DNA of 64,000 nucleotides from Eledone cirrhosa (GCA_964016885.1 OZ024743.1:34348001-34412000), one strand, 5' to 3'; numbered from the stretch's first letter, positions 1-13,745 are shown. Program-made: numbers and translations. Notes: generated by a model not told the origin, from the letters alone.

Positions 1-201
1 GAGAGGGGTGGGTAAGGACTGAGAGGGGGAGCAAAACTATTCCCATAAAGCCATTCTAACTCCATTAAAACTCCAAATTCTTTGCAGCAAACATCCTCAG
101 TAGCAACAGTATCGAGTACTCTGGTGCGTTAAGGTCCACCTGGTATCTTACCACTCCTTCTTTGTTATATATATATATATATATATAAAGAGAGAGAGAG
201 G

Positions 202-243
<42 letters not shown>

Positions 244-398
244 CAAAAGAGAGATACAAAAATCTTATTATATTCACACTTTACCCTTTCTTGAGGAGTA
301 CAAAAAATAGAGACAGGGTCACAAAGGATAGATATAGAAAATAAAAGGTATTCCATAAAAAAACGAATATATATATATATATTCATTATATATATTCG

Positions 399-476
<78 letters not shown>

Positions 477-772
477 ATTTATTTGTTTAAATGTATATAT
501 CACTCGACATAACAGGGCAAGAGTATGCATTCTTCGTGTGTTCCTGTGATTCACTTCAAAGGAATGGATCCGAAAGACTTACCCTAGAAGGAACAAATTA
601 TCCAAACCCATCAACGCTTTTTATATTGGCTTTTGTTTCTTCGTGTTTTATTATAGTTAGTTTTGTTTATTTATTTGACTGTTTGTCTTTTGTTTTGTTT
701 ATCTATCATTTAGCTTGATAAGAATTAACTGAGAAAGAATAAACACGAGAAAATAGAGAAGGTGAAAGGGAA

Positions 773-810
<38 letters not shown>

Positions 811-863
811 GGGGTGAGAATGAGTTGAGTGTTGACTTGTGCGAGGATGGAGGTTGCTGTACA

Positions 864-915
<52 letters not shown>

Positions 916-1309
916 TGGTGTGTGTGTGTATGTATGTACGAATATGTACACACCGTATATATGCGTATATAAGTCGAGAAATATGTGAAAAGAAAATTTG
1001 ATGGTAAAATGATATATTTGAGGTCAATATTTTGTCGATTTTCCCCAATCAAGGTAGTAAAATATCTGGATTAGTTTACAATAAAACACTGTATTTCTAC
1101 ATTTCATGTAACATCATTAGTATTATTTAATCATTCCTTTGAAAATATCTCCAACACATTTTTATAATTGAAATTTTTAATATCCTATACTCATTCACAC
1201 ACACACAGAAAGACACGCACATACATACATGCACACTTGCACATACACCACAACGTACAACAACGCACACACACTTGCACACCCACGCCAACTGTTTTAC
1301 TCTGACTTA

Positions 1310-1527
1310 ATAGTTTCTGATTTAGGCACAAGGTCAACAATATGGAGGGAGGGGAAAGTTGATTAAATCGACCCCCGCACGTTACTGGCGCTTTATCTTT
1401 TGATCCCTTAAGGATGAAAGACAAACCTAACCATGGTGGGATTTGAACTCAGAATGAAAAGGGTCGTAACTATAAGCCGTAAAGCATGCTGTTCAATGCT
1501 CTGTCGATATTGCCAATCTACTGCCTT
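1310..1527 (-). mobile_element. tRNA-derived SINE family A (long variant), diverged
   Basis: Reverse complement matches the family pattern: ...gattggcaatatcgacagag...ctgagttcaaatccc (B-box-like)...tttcatcctt...gtcgatttaatcaactttcccctccc...ccttgtgcctaaatcagaaac. Confidence 0.85.
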
Positions 1528-2099
1528 TCTCTGACTTAATATATTTTGTTTCAATCTTACTTCTGACTTTTAATCTCTCCAGACGCTAAACTCCGCCAGT
1601 TGCAGCCTGAGTATCAAATGAGATATTTTCTCCACAAAGTTCGCTCACTAACAGCAGAGTTTATAAACTTTCAATGTTACTTCTGTTTTATTCCTTTCGC
1701 TCTCTCTCCTTTCTCCCGGTCTTGCCCTCCCTTTTTCTCACTCTGCCTCTCCTCTTTCTCGCTAGCTGTTTCTCCCTCTCTCTTATACGCTATGAATTTC
1801 TATATAAAGTTCTCTTATTCGACTTCTTGCTTTCAAATACTCCTAGCATATGTGTGGCAGGAAGTGAACAAAATTTCGAGAAACTTGTTGAAACTATGTG
1901 ACGGATGAAATAGTAAAAAATATATGATTCCCCAAAATAAAAACGAAAAGAAAAGTAAATATTTCTGGAACATATAATCGGTTCTCCGTGGTATTTTGAG
2001 AGGACCATGCTGCCAATCAGAACCAGCTGATTTTCACTTCGTTTTTTCTTTTTTATTAATCACATAATTAATCCATCAATTGGCTTATTAATGAACTAA

Positions 2100-2400
2100 T
2101 TAATTAATTGTCAACGCCTTTTTCTCACACCTCGTGACCTTATCGTTGACCTTTACACACTGTGTCACTTCTTCTTCCACTCGTACTCCATCGAATTTTA
2201 CTTTTGCCATCTTTTTGTGGAAATATCGTTCACTGAGGACATCTATTATATTGGAAACATTCCTGTTGATTTTACCAAGTGAACTTGTAGATACGGATGA
2301 CATCCACTGCCTTATCTTAACTTGTTCCAAAGCCCTGTACCAGCTCCAGTTATACAATCTGTTGACTGAAATAACGAAGATAATTGAAGTTGATTGAAGG
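2100..2400 (-). pseudogene. possible decayed LINE (Tx1/L1-like) ORF2 C-terminal fragment
   Basis: Minus-strand peptide ...DVLSERYFHKKMAKV... resembles the VLSxxxFxKRW-type terminus of Tx1-like ORF2. Recalled resemblance only. Confidence 0.2.
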
Positions 2401-2424
2401 TTTACCCACTCGCCATATATAAGT

Positions 2425-2570
2425 GAAGGCGCATGACTTACTGGTTAGAGCAATGGGCTTGCAATCGAAAGGTTGTGAGTTCAATTCTCGGACCGGGTGG
2501 ATGTTGTTTCCTTGAACGAGACATTATATTTCACGTTGCTCCAGTTTACTTAGCTGTAGAAATTAGATGA
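2425..2570 (+). mobile_element. tRNA-derived SINE family B, 5' part
   Basis: A-box-like tgacttactggttagagc, B-box-like gagttcaattc, then ttgtttccttgaacgagacattatatttcacgttgctccagt. Same head as the minus-strand copy at 28790-29090. Confidence 0.7.
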
Positions 2571-3059
2571 TAGGACTGTGGTCCCTATCTTTAAATTACC
2601 CAAGACACCACCAACGTGATATACCTTGGAGGGGGCCAGCTAAACATGTATAGGTGTGAGCAGTCATACACACACATATATAAGCATGCAACTGTATATC
2701 TCTGTTATAAAGGATGTAAACATTTGGTTTCAATCAATATATTTATACAGAACAGAATTGCCATTATGATTTTCCAAGAAAATGTCCATCTCTTTCCCAC
2801 GCCAACGTCAAACACTACAACTAACATGCCCCCGCCCCATATATATATGTGTGTGTGTGTATTATCTACATGTATACATATGTATATACACATGTATACA
2901 AACACATACAACCACACGCACACGCACATACACACTCATAAAGACAAAAACATAGTGTGGATGAAGGTTATATAAATAAGACAAGGGTATTAAGTTGGCA
3001 CCAGTTCCGGTATGTTTACCAATATATATATATATATATATATACACAGACACACAGAC

Positions 3060-3096
<37 letters not shown>

Positions 3097-3108
3097 TATA
3101 TATATATG

Positions 3109-3180
<72 letters not shown>

Positions 3181-3183
<3 letters not shown>

Positions 3184-3350
3184 GTAATAATAATAAATTT
3201 GAATAGTAAAATCCATAGAGGGCTCGATAAGGATAAATATATATCAAATATATAAGAACCGTAGAGCAAATATTTATTAAAATAACAGATTAAAGTTTAA
3301 GCAAAGAACCGCTGCTTTCACCCTTTGATCTGTTATTTTAATAAATATAT
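3181..3350. mobile_element. fold-back fragment of the Naiad-type Penelope 3' end in (TA)n
   Basis: 3181-3270 matches 55740-55826 and 44994-45080. 3270-3325 is the reverse complement of the PLE 3' end at 58460-58515. It is followed by a short sense copy (atctgttattttaataaatat). Confidence 0.75.
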
Positions 3351-3368
3351 ATATTATATATATATACG

Positions 3369-3452
<84 letters not shown>

Positions 3453-3501
3453 TAATAAAAATAATGAATAAACAAAGAAACAGTTCCTTATATTAAAAAA
3501 T

Positions 3502-3637
3502 TCATCATTTTACGATCGTTTCTAGGATATATGTTAGTGTTGGTATGCATATCCTATAGATCTATGTAAAATTTTTACAAACTATCAGAAGGAATATACA
3601 TACCTACACATATATATGCTGTCTTCAGAAATAATGA
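3502..3637 (-). ncRNA. type I hammerhead ribozyme with ~99-nt stem II
   Basis: Minus strand: TCATTATTT-CTGAAGA-[99-nt hairpin]-GAAA-CGATCG-TA-AAATGATGA. Stem I is 9 bp (one G-U), stem III is palindromic ACGATCGT, cleavage triplet GUA. Confidence 0.8.
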
Positions 3638-3920
3638 TATTTGTTTATTGAAAAAAACCAACAAAGATTTAATACAATAGGTCTGTTTGGGAACAGGTTT
3701 TGAATTGACCAATAGAAAGATAGTGAAGGTCAAAATGGTAAAATAGTAGTAAAAGAACCTTAATTTAGGGGTAGAGGAATGTAGATTTCAGTTTTGGATG
3801 GAAAGAATATTATGAATGAAAGATTATTTTAGGGATGAAAATAGGTCATATGCTGTCTTCAGAAATAATTATATTTGTTCATTGAATAAAACCAACAAAG
3901 ATTTAATATAATAGGTCTGT

Positions 3921-4119
<199 letters not shown>

Positions 4120-4241
4120 AGATCAAAAGATGATCTTATATTATTTATACTCCAGTCCTACAAACTGTAGAGTGCTACTTAGCCGATATTTGCATTGCTT
4201 TATTGTGCTACAATAAAACTCACCTCCTACATATATATATA

Positions 4242-4356
<115 letters not shown>

Positions 4357-4479
4357 ATATGATATATATATATATATATATGATATATGATATATATATA
4401 CACACACACATAAATATATATAAATATATATATATATACGATATTAAACAAATGGAAACTATATTTATAAAACCATATT

Positions 4480-4545
4480 TATTTCATTATACATATTTCG
4501 GGGATACCATATTAAAAATATGGCATGCCTTCTTCAGATAAAATA
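4480..4545 (-). ncRNA. type I hammerhead ribozyme
   Basis: Minus strand: TATTTTAT-CTGAAGA-AGGCATGCCATATT-TTT-AATATGGTATCCCC-GAAA-TATGTA-TA-ATGAAATA. Stem I 8 bp, stem II ~12 bp, short stem III. Confidence 0.75.
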
Positions 4546-4619
4546 CAATATATAAACAGTTTTATAAATAATTTTGACGTACCATAAATATTGAGCAACC
4601 GTTATGTAAGAAGCCGGTT

Positions 4620-5372
4620 TCTTACAGACGTACAGTAGTATGTATATATATACATACATGCACACATATATATATGTACGTATGGGTTTACCTAACATTT
4701 ATTATAATGTTCGGTTTGTTTGTAAACAATCAGCCCAAATTAAGCCGTACAGTGTTCGACAACCATCGTTGCCCTTTTGTTCAACACTGACAAAGGAGCG
4801 ATGAACTAGTTTCTAGCTTATTAGCTGTCATCAGCATCGTATACCTTCCTGTCAGTCGATTGAACATTCGAAAATATATACTTTCCTTATGCATATTAAC
4901 GGCTGAGCAGCCTAATTTGCATATCGAGTGAGTCAGTCGGCCGGGCGTACCGAAAACGATAAATGGAAAAAATGAAATTTCATTTCTCACTCTTAGTACG
5001 GCTGATACCTAAATATAAGTATGTATACGTACATACATATATGTGTACAGACGTACAGCAGTATGTATAGACACACATACATGCACACATATATATACAT
5101 GTATGTATGGGTTTACCGAACATTTATTATAATGTTCGGCTTGTTTGTAAACAAACAGCCCGAATTAAGCCGTACAGTGTTCGGCAACCATCGTCGCCCT
5201 TTTGTTCAATACTGACAAAGGAACGATTTATCGTTTTCGGTACGCCCGGCCGACTAACTCACTAACATACTTCTCTACGTCTGTATACATATATGTATGT
5301 ACGTATTCATACTTATATTTAAGTATCAGCCGTACTAAGAGTGAGAAATGAAATTTCATTTTTTCCATTTAA
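4620..5372 (-). mobile_element. non-LTR retrozyme-like element: 1.4 copies of a 425-nt HHR-containing unit plus inverted fragments
   Basis: 4623-4802 repeats at 5046-5227 (cgat at 4799 and 5224). 5226-5262 and ~5265-5371 are inverted copies of ~4927-4964 and ~4960-5065. The element abuts (TA)n. Confidence 0.7.
4799..4839 (-). ncRNA. minimal type I hammerhead ribozyme
   Basis: Minus strand: CGATG-CTGATGA-C-AGCT-AATA-AGCT-A-GAAA-CTAG-T-T-CATCG. Perfect 5-bp stem I, palindromic ACTAGT stem III. Confidence 0.88.
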
Positions 5373-5378
5373 AAATAT

Positions 5379-5498
<120 letters not shown>

Positions 5499-8047
5499 TG
5501 TGTATGTGGAATATATACTTATATACATGCATTAGAACTCGCCAATTTAGTCTCACCTATACTCTTCATCTGCATAATATTTTATGGAATACAGTTCAAA
5601 TAGTGGTTTCGAAATATCTTACTCTCGTCCCGAAAGCCATCTTACTAAACACTAAAGCAGTATCTGGACATGAAGTGTTACGTGTCGATAGCGTCGTATC
5701 TACTGAAGCTAGTTATTTTTCTCTATGTGTCATGAAATATTGCTGCCTGGAATATTCTGTTAATCGGAATTAGTAAAAGAAGGAATAATAGCTTCGAGAA
5801 ATGCTGATATATGTTATGGCTCGATAGGAATAGTGAAATCAATGTCTGTGACAATTGTAAGTCTTCCGTAACTGGTAATGTTAAAATGAACAAATTATCC
5901 TCAACTCATATGCTGCTGCAGTAAAACACAGCACAACAAGAAATTGGAGTATTCTCTCCTATTCGGACTTAGGCCGTTGTATTTCTTGCGACAGGCAGGT
6001 ATCTTCTAAAGGTTATCAAGCGGACGTCAGATCGAATATACCACTTAATTATGAAATTTGAAACCTATTTGCTTTTCAAATGAAAACCTGCCATAATGCA
6101 TATATTAACTATAAAATAGTCGAATAGACAAGAAAATGGTGGACAAAGACGCCGACTGGAATCAAACTACTCATCTGCTGCATGGAGAACGGTTACAATA
6201 AGTATCTCTTCAGATAAAGGAATATTCTACAGACCTGAGACCTGCAAACGTTTACGACAAAGTCAGAGTATAGTAGATATAGAGTTAAAAGTTAACCACC
6301 AATTCTGAACTATTGGGATGTAACATAAATTCCCGCCGTTTCCTTATTAAGAAGTCTTATAACAACAGCGGGAATTTATGTTACAACCGCTGTTGTAACC
6401 ATGATAGGATCTTAATATTCTATATAACCCCGATGTCAAATAGAATATTGCCATAAACTTTTTCAATTTGATCCGGAACTTTTCCTCACAAGGCACAAAT
6501 ATTCCAAACTATTTAAAGGCAAAACGCAATCATTAGCTACATTTGCATGACTAATGTGACTGGCAAATACCCCAACCTCCCATATAAGCCTATTTCCGTG
6601 TATAATTTATGAATTAAACCCAGCAATACCTAGGCAGCAGGAAAATATCTATGGCTGCTAATATAAAGAGTGAAACCAATTTAGGAAATGTATACAAATT
6701 TGATTCACTAACATAACTTCTCTGAGTAATTCTTGAACAATTTCGTCGAACAACCGTTACAGGACTGATACTTTATAGTCCCAGGAAGGGTGAAAGACAA
6801 ATATGACCTCAGCAGCATTTGAAGTCTGAGCGCAGTAAATTATCAAGGTATTTAGTCCGACCTCCTAATCATAGTATAAATAAAAGAACGGGCAGACTGT
6901 CAACATCGAAAGATCTGATTAAATAACTCAGTAAAACCAGTATGTTGCGATAGAAAGAGCTCTATCCTATTACACTTCTCCGTCTTATAGAAAAGGGATG
7001 GACACAGATAATGTAGTCATAAAACCCCTCCTAAAATGTAGGGATTGTCCCTGCTGAAATAGCTTTGATTATAATTTTGCTTGATTATGATTGCCAGCCT
7101 TGAGCTAAAAACAAGCAGCATCACAGCATATCCACACTTAATTACTGAACACAGAGAAACAATATAAACACCGAACCAAACAATGGTAGGATAAAAGAAG
7201 TCTGTAGCAAGGCCAACACACACAGCTTCGTAGCAACTAATAAACTCCTCAAATTTATCACGTATTCAGTCAAATTTAATTTTTAGATAGTTACTCATTT
7301 TCTGACGAATTAATGCGTCATTTTATGCAGGAATAACGCCGATAAGACCTGTATTAGACGATGCATTGAGAGAGTGCTCACAAGTGGAGTATTAGCCATT
7401 TAAAACAGTTAAAGTCTGTCTCAGGTCATCAGGCGCATCAGGCTGGTGCTTAAACTCGACTGCATTTTTCATCGGCGTTAAGTGTTTGAGAATACATAAT
7501 TCCCATTGGACATTTCCTACTGGGATGAGACGTTTTGCTTAAAAATACATGGTGCCACCTGGTCCAGAAATCGAACTCTCGACATTATGAGAGTAGACAC
7601 TAGGCTACGTAATAATAGATATAAAGAAGGATAAGCGGTATTTCGGCATGAGTTGGCTGGATTATGCCAGGACCTGGTGATAGGAAACTGATAAGTAGAA
7701 GTGGAAATGGTATTAAAGACCTTTCATGCTATCGAATAGGAATATTGTTTTCGATTAACCGTGTCTATAATGTTAATTCAGTTCCTTGATCTGGTATATT
7801 TCACTTTTTAATTGTACATTTTTACTGACTTCGTCTCTATGAAAGAGCTGTGCCTTTAGCCTATCATATCCTCTATTAAAAGACCTGCAACTAGTTAGCT
7901 AGATAGACAGATAGAGAGAAAGATATATATATATATGTGTGTGTAGACGCGCTTCATCATCCACTTTTCTAAAAAATAAATCATACACAAAACGCCAGCA
8001 CCAACAGTTTTGCAAGATATGTCAACATGAATGGACCTGTTATTTTT

Positions 8048-8233
8048 ATCTAAAGGCATTTTTTCCAATTCCAACCCTCCCGTCCCCTCAATTTATCTTA
8101 TTTCTCATTCTTTCTTCTGATGAAGGACTAGCTTCCGAAACGTTAAGACCCTCTTCCTGCTATATCAAGCGTTAACCTAATATATCCCTTCCATATACTG
8201 TACCGATTGTGTTGTTATTTCTGTTTACCTTTT

Positions 8234-8235
<2 letters not shown>
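8048..8235 (+). mobile_element. PLE-type 3' terminal fragment carrying an HHR
   Basis: ~190 bp shared with 45165-45352 (opposite strand); ends in (CA)/(TA) microsatellite. Confidence 0.7.
8113..8148 (+). ncRNA. minimal type I hammerhead ribozyme
   Basis: TCTT-CTGATGA-A-GGA-CTAGCT-TCC-GAAA-CG-T-T-AAGA. Confidence 0.8.
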
Positions 8236-8332
<97 letters not shown>

Positions 8333-9023
8333 CTGAGAGTATATTAGAAAATGGAAGGATAGGAAAATATCCCTGTTTCCAAAACTAATGAGTAATTCAT
8401 TGCCCTCCATCTCACAATAAACAACATCAAAACATCTCTGAAACGTCTTATAATTGTTTGATATGATTTCCAAAAATGTCAGCTATTTTTGGCAAAATAA
8501 AAATAAATGTCAGATAAATTTATCTTCGTCTCCCCCTCAAGTCTATTGCTTTCCAACATTTAGTGCAAACCCAGAAACATTACAAAGCGTTAATGTTTAT
8601 AAAAGTGATTTGTTACACAAACAAATTCTTTTCCAACAATGTGATCCTATTTGTTAAGTGGTTTACACATTGCTGTTTTACAGAAGGAATTCACAGTACT
8701 AAAAGTTGTACATTGTATTGCACAGAGAATTTGCGTGATTCTTTATAAATCCTACTCAAATATATGAAATTTGAAACATGAGGGCTGAAGAAATTTTGTT
8801 TAAATATAAATACGAATATCTTTTTTTTTTATCATTATATCATTTTTCGTTTACTTTTTTTGTGGCGGTTTTTTTCGGCTTTAACGACGTTTCTGTTGGC
8901 GGTCTCGCTGTGTTGGATCTTTCAGCATGTGGTCTCTGTAGCACTGAGAAATAATTACAGAGTCTAATTTCATATGAGAAGTTTAATGTGGATGAGTTCA
9001 GTTAGTGTGTACACACAGTCTTT

Positions 9024-9060
<37 letters not shown>

Positions 9061-9388
9061 GACCACTGCACACAAAGGAAAGATATGGGTAAAAGATGAT
9101 TCGTGATAGACACGTGTGTAACCTAATCCACGTGGGAGATATTTTAACGTCCGCATGGGTTCCATCCAGTTACTATTCACACTCTTCTCGGTAGAATTGA
9201 ATCGGAAGTAAAGAATTTTATAATAGCTTGCGTTCTAGTTTTAGATACTGCGGTTGTGAACATGAACAGACCCTTATACCCTGGTAAACAGGAGTGAAGT
9301 TCAACTAATGATTAACTGAGCCATACTGTTTATCATCCCCATCATCCTCGTCATCATTATACCCATCATCGAAGCTCATAATCCAAAC

Positions 9389-9575
9389 ATTGGCAGTATC
9401 GGTAGAGGGTCGGACGCCATGCTTTGCAGCAAAGAGTTACGGCCCTTTATGGTCTGAGTTCAAATCCTGCCGAGGTTAACTTTGCCTTTCATCCTTACGG
9501 GGTCGATAAAATAAAGTACCAGTAATACACTGGAATATTTGTTGGCCTTGTGCCAAAAGTAGAAACAATTATTAT
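9389..9575 (+). mobile_element. SINE family A (short variant)
   Basis: attggcagtatcggtagagggtcggacgccatgc...gagttcaaatcc...gcctttcatccttacggggtcgataaaataaagtaccag...gtagaaacaattatta. Confidence 0.9.
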
Positions 9576-11499
9576 CCTCATCGTCGACTTCATCACTATC
9601 ACTTCCAGCCAAATCCTCGCCATCCGCGCCACCCGCACCATCCACTTCTTCCATCATTCCTCCTTATCATTATTAACATCAACATAAGCAACGACAAAAC
9701 TTGCCATATTCGTCCTTGTCCATTACGTATCATAGCTTTTTATCGCAATTGTGTACATATTTTATATTTAAACATGCTTCACCTGAAAGAATACCTTCAT
9801 CGTCAGCATTACACGCCGTTCAACTCAACTCAATTCAACGAGAGTTCTGTTAGTGCCATGGTAAGGTTAATCAAGTCCAAACGATAGCGTTGCTAGAAAC
9901 AAATCCCGTCCATCGCAAGACTTTTTAAATTCTATATCGCAGCTCAAACAATATACTATCATTACACAGTACATAACCTGTACAATAACCATACAATAAA
10001 ATAACACAACTTATTTAACAAACACAACAGAATTACCACCGATGAAATAATACAACATATGTTTAAATAACTTATTCCCGATATTATAACACCAATAAAT
10101 CACCGTTACTACCCATTGATATAACAATACATACTCATCACATAAACTTATGATAAAGCTGACGGTGACGACGACAACGATGGGGTTGATAATAAGACAT
10201 CACTTTGTTGAAAGTTTGACTCTCAATAGGATAATAAGGGCTACAGATTTAATTTATCAATCATACGGTGTTCCCATCATCGCTACGAGCTACATCGGTC
10301 CTATCAAGCCTCCTTTTATTTTCTCCCTACCATTCCTCATCTTTACTTTTCACTCGCTTCTCCCCTGGCCCTCTATATGTTCCTACAACACAACACACTA
10401 TTCATGTAAGACCCAAACTTCACTGTACACCACCTCTTTTATTTATAATTGCACCAACCCCCTCATTGGTATGACTCACTATTACACCACACGATACTAA
10501 CTAGTGGAGATTGTCTTAAATCTACAGCCTATGTTATTGTCGCGGCCACCACCATCTTCACAACTATCTTCAACATAACTTCAATTACGGCCTCTACGCA
10601 GTCGACCAGTCTGATAGAAATAATTATCAAACTCCCCTGAAAATTAGCTTGAATAACTTAAATAATGTGCAGTAGAAAAATGCTGAGATTTTCATGCTTG
10701 GCTCAGGACAGGACATACCTAAAGATAAGACAACACCCATTATTGCCATGGCTATACCAATATTTTCAGTTAATTAACTTCATTACGTACCACTATTACT
10801 AACACTACTTTCCCAATCAACAACAATAACAAGACAAAATTATAATGGAGTAATGTGTCAATGGGTGAGTTTTCAATAAATACTTGTAACCTGAATGTAA
10901 CCTGAATGAGCATGACACAATATGTGACATGGCTCATATTTGAATTACAGCTACAATCTATCCGACGTACGTCCATACAGCGGGGGGAGAGTCTGAAAAA
11001 TTAATAAACGGTGGGGGGGGGGGCGATTATTCAAGACCTGAGAGTAACTTTGCCTGTGCCTATTTATACTCGATTATCTTTAATTAACGATTCACACTAT
11101 CATTGAAAATATTACATGAAACATACAACCACTATAAAGGTTAGCCACTGTCGTTTTTCTACTTGCAAGACATACCTGCGTGTTATAGAAGTGCTCAATA
11201 AGGAGTAGACCTAGACTCTCCAACTTGCTATTCTAACAAGTGTCAGAAGGAGACCGCTATAATAATAACGTCGTGTTGATCACAAGTGAGACCCCTTAAT
11301 ATATCTAGCATTTCCTAAATATATATCTAGGGGTTTCTCTTCTGGAATACTTAGTTAACTTATATTGTGTCGTAATTCTGTCAGCAGCCAGTATATTATG
11401 ACAGTTTCAGCAAGTGCAACAACAGCCAATTAGTATAATATTACCAAAGAAGGCGGTACCTAGTCCCACACACAGCACATATCATTTTGATAGATGAAG

Positions 11500-12830
11500 G
11501 ATTTTCGCCTTCCCCAGCCTTGATGTCACACAATATTAATTTGTTTAAGGACATTTATCATCCCGTCTGTGTTGCTTCCTGCTTTCATTAGCAATATACA
11601 TTTCTGTTTTCGTTTCAGTCAAAATATTGTGTGATCTGGTTTCTGAGCACATTGACCTAGGAATGCGCAATGAAACAGAATCAAATTCGTAGAAATAAAG
11701 ATCTATAGGTTTGTAAATCACCTAATAGAATGAAATGGTCAACAACCGAAGATACGTAAAGTTATTTTTTTCTTCAAATTGTAACCAATGAAAATATTAC
11801 CCTACCCCATATTAAGAATCCCTGTATATCATAAAATGAAAACAAACTTCAAGTGAAAGCAATAATGACATAATCCTTTAATGTCATATGTAAAACGATA
11901 GCTGACATCTTAATATGACACAGCACAATTTCTATGGAAAACTGATGAATAATCTATCCATAAATATTATCCTCAAAAATGTAATGTTCTACATTTAATT
12001 AATATATGAGAACAGATTCTCAGAATTTCCACCAGAATCTGTTATTGAATTTCGGACACAATTTTTCACTTGTGGTGTTAGAAATTTTATTTGTCAAATT
12101 CTACTTTTATACACTTCTTGGCAAATAATTGTGCCATCATCAGTGGCAGTTTTGTAAAATTTTCATGGCAACCCACTTTTTTTTTTTAGATACTAATGAA
12201 GTCTTCAATATTTACTCTACCAGACTTAATATTGAGGTACTAGTCAGCTCAGATTCAACCATTCTTATAACATTTCTCCTAAGAACATTAAAATTCATAC
12301 AAAAGATTGTTGTATGAACTAGTTAACAGAAAAGAGGTAGTTCCTATTATTTCTGCAGAGCTTTTAGACTGGGGAGAACAAGATACAGTTGAGTTATGTT
12401 TGAACAACATTGATACGCATCTATTGAGAGTAAAGATTTCCAAAGAGCAGCATTTCTTGAGAAAAATATTGGGGGAACTTTTTTTGCAGAACCTGAGATA
12501 TGTTAATACCTGAGATATGTTAATACAAATAATGAAAGAAATATTTTTGAGTATATCAGATATATATCTTTATAGAAATAGTATCCAATATGCTTGTTCA
12601 GAAAAGCAAAGCTTGTTGTAGTAAGGGGGCAACAATGAGTCTGTGAGCTATAATTTGTAGCATGTTGATGTGTAAATCCTTACCAATCAATGGAATGATC
12701 ATCTTTTGTATACAAAATATGGCGTATTTATAACAGCAACAAAACCAAATATAATGGGAAATTTGGGTGTTGGAAATAAAAGCGAGAAAGTTTGCATTAT
12801 GGAAAAAAAATGTCGAAATAAGCAAAAGCG
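11500..12830 (-). pseudogene. highly decayed L1/Tx1-like ORF2 fragment
   Basis: Minus-strand peptides PLIGKDLHINML..HRLIVAP, RVNIEDFISI*KKKW..KIL...W and NRFWWEIL resemble post-RT regions of L1/Tx1 ORF2. Many stops and frameshifts. Confidence 0.3.
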
Positions 12831-13074
12831 TAATGTAAAGTAATGAAATGCTTGTTAATAAATTAATTTAGTTGTGGGTTCGCAACTAAAAAGGCCTACG
12901 AATTCTTTTTTCCGTTAACAAACTATTTTGTCAGTTTATTTCAACATTTCCAACAGTTACACTAAAACGTGTTGTTGCAAATGGCATATTAGTCGACATT
13001 AGCTCAGTCCAGCTGTTGGTTGAAATGAACAGAGAAACTTAAGTGTAAAGAACTACGTATATATAAATAAACAT

Positions 13075-13287
13075 ATATGAAAAGAGTCAGGACCCCGACG
13101 GCTGAGCTCCGGCCACTTTCACAGCTAGATCCGGCTGGCTTAGTTCGGATCTAGCTGTCGAAACGGCCGGAGCTCAGCCGTCGGGGTCCTGACTCTTTTC
13201 ATATTACCCACTCTACTACTCTAAACATCGAGTACTCTGTTGCGTTATGGTCCACCTCGTATCTTACCACACCTTCTTTATTCTTTG
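13075..13287 (+). mobile_element. 130-bp fold-back palindrome built from the 3' half of an HHR plus tail (family B)
   Basis: 13075-13204 is a near-perfect inverted repeat. The right arm has GAAA-CGGC-cgGAGCTCa-GCCG-TC-GGGG. The tail matches 105-167, 28466-28545 and 55650-55728. A 14-bp direct repeat taaataaacatata lies at 13064-13077 and 13288-13301. Confidence 0.7.
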
Positions 13288-13419
13288 TAAATAAACATAT
13301 ACGTAGCTGATCTCTCGGACGTTTACGAAGCGCTGAGGGAATAAAGTTAATATAAAGAGTGGTGTGCTCATGCGTTTTGTAAAAGTCCGAGTGATTGGCT
13401 ACGTATATGTTTGTTTACA
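13286..13419. repeat. MITE-like inverted repeat
   Basis: tgtaaataaacatatacgtagctgatctctcggacgtttacgaagcgc ... gcgttttgtaaaagtccgagtgattggctacgtatatgtttgtttaca. Confidence 0.55.
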
Positions 13420-13631
13420 TTTAAAAGCTATGATTCAGTTACCTAATTTAAGACGGTAAGAATTGTCACGGTCCATTAGCTTAACCGGTATTTGGGAGAT
13501 ACGAGGTTCTATTCCTCGTAGCAACCAATGGCAACTTATTTTTCTGTTTCAAAGGGTCTTCCTCCTTATTTTATAAGATATTTTATAGCATCTACGCGCA
13601 TGGGCACATCACTCTTTATATTAAACATATA

Positions 13632-13745
<114 letters not shown>

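Noticed and set aside
540-590. CTGTGA…GAAAGACTTA possible decayed HHR
   Set aside because: Core incomplete and pairing weak
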